DNA of 64,000 nt from Octopus vulgaris (taxonomy: Eukaryota). The notes under the pieces are model-generated. The model saw only the letters and a list, made by a program, of their open reading frames with translations. It ran no database searches and was not told the DNA's origin. The DNA is taken from positions 90,458,001 to 90,522,000 of the forward strand of contig OX597816.1 of the NCBI GenBank assembly GCA_951406725.2. Reading direction: 5' to 3'. The translations under genes were made by a program, and so were the position numbers. Positions within the stretch are counted from its first letter, which is position 1. Every line of letters starts with the position of its first letter. Shown here piece by piece: positions 63,473 through 64,000 of the stretch.

Positions 63473-64000
63473 ATGCTACTGTGTAGGGTTCGGCGCGCAT
63501 GCGCAGAATGGGACTACTTCCGAGTGGCCACCGGAAGTCTTCCCCATGCGCATGTGCGGGAAAACGTTCCCTCGAGCCCGCGAAGCTCAAATCTCCCTCT
63601 TCGGCTAAGACAGCATTGCGGTCGGACGTGAACTCCCAGGCTCTGACAACCACTCGTGCTACGACATAGCGCCAACGACCATCAACCAACTTCAACAACT
63701 AACACGAAGCTGTATATCAGAGGCTGTCTTTCTCCCACCAGACAACGTACGACATCGCAATCAATAAACCAGAACTACTGTCCTTTTCACCTTTTAACCC
63801 GACTTTGTCTGTATTGTTTTCTAAGATTTTATATGTTACTAGATCGGATATCGACACCCTTTCAGTGCTTCGATAACAGATCCTTCGTTACAATTGGTGA
63901 CCCTAAGTTGAAAAAAAAAAGAACAAGACAGAAGACACAGCGAACGGGTTTTTTTTGCCGGAGAGCGCTGAACATTCATTTTTTTTTTCATTTTTTATCT
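63466..64000 (+). mobile_element. LTR retrotransposon 5' LTR (63466-63892) with tRNA-Trp-type PBS; continues beyond the window
   Basis: TGTAGTGA...TCGTTACA termini, AATAAA at 63763-63768, and TGGTGACCC at 63895-63903 (complement of the tRNA-Trp 3' end). CpG-rich and inserted at a (TA)n tract. Confidence 0.8.

Noticed and set aside
63314-63698. GC-rich ORFs near the right edge
   Set aside because: They span the CRE tail, (TA)n and LTR U3, with no coding signature.

Overview
AT-rich, repeat-dense animal genomic DNA. The SINE, RTE, mariner and Penelope repertoire resembles an octopus or other coleoid cephalopod (inference). Three protein-coding genes were reconstructed by hand with phase-compatible GT-AG splice sites. 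(1) A signal-peptide-bearing JmjC/cupin-like gene on the - strand (exons 7646-7933 and 108-259), continuing off the left edge. (2) A ZNF532/592/687-family C2H2 zinc-finger gene on the + strand, with its whole 1664-aa CDS in one exon (23368-28362) and a probable divergent promoter near 16.6-17.1 kb. (3) The C-terminal half of an HRI/EIF2AK1-type eIF2-alpha kinase on the - strand (7-8 exons, 62170 to ~47986), which lacks both Cys-Pro haem-regulatory motifs. The rest is transposon-derived: several mariner/Tc1 copies, a piggyBac-type MITE, Helitron/HINE elements, RTE and CRE LINE fragments, two Gypsy LTR elements, tRNA-derived SINEs and three different Penelope-like lineages. The most interesting signals are two degenerate type I hammerhead ribozyme motifs downstream of Penelope endonuclease ends. 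One of them sits behind a tRNA-like Pol III promoter, a possible SINE/retrozyme-like Penelope derivative. Most short ORFs in the supplied track are spurious repeat translations.
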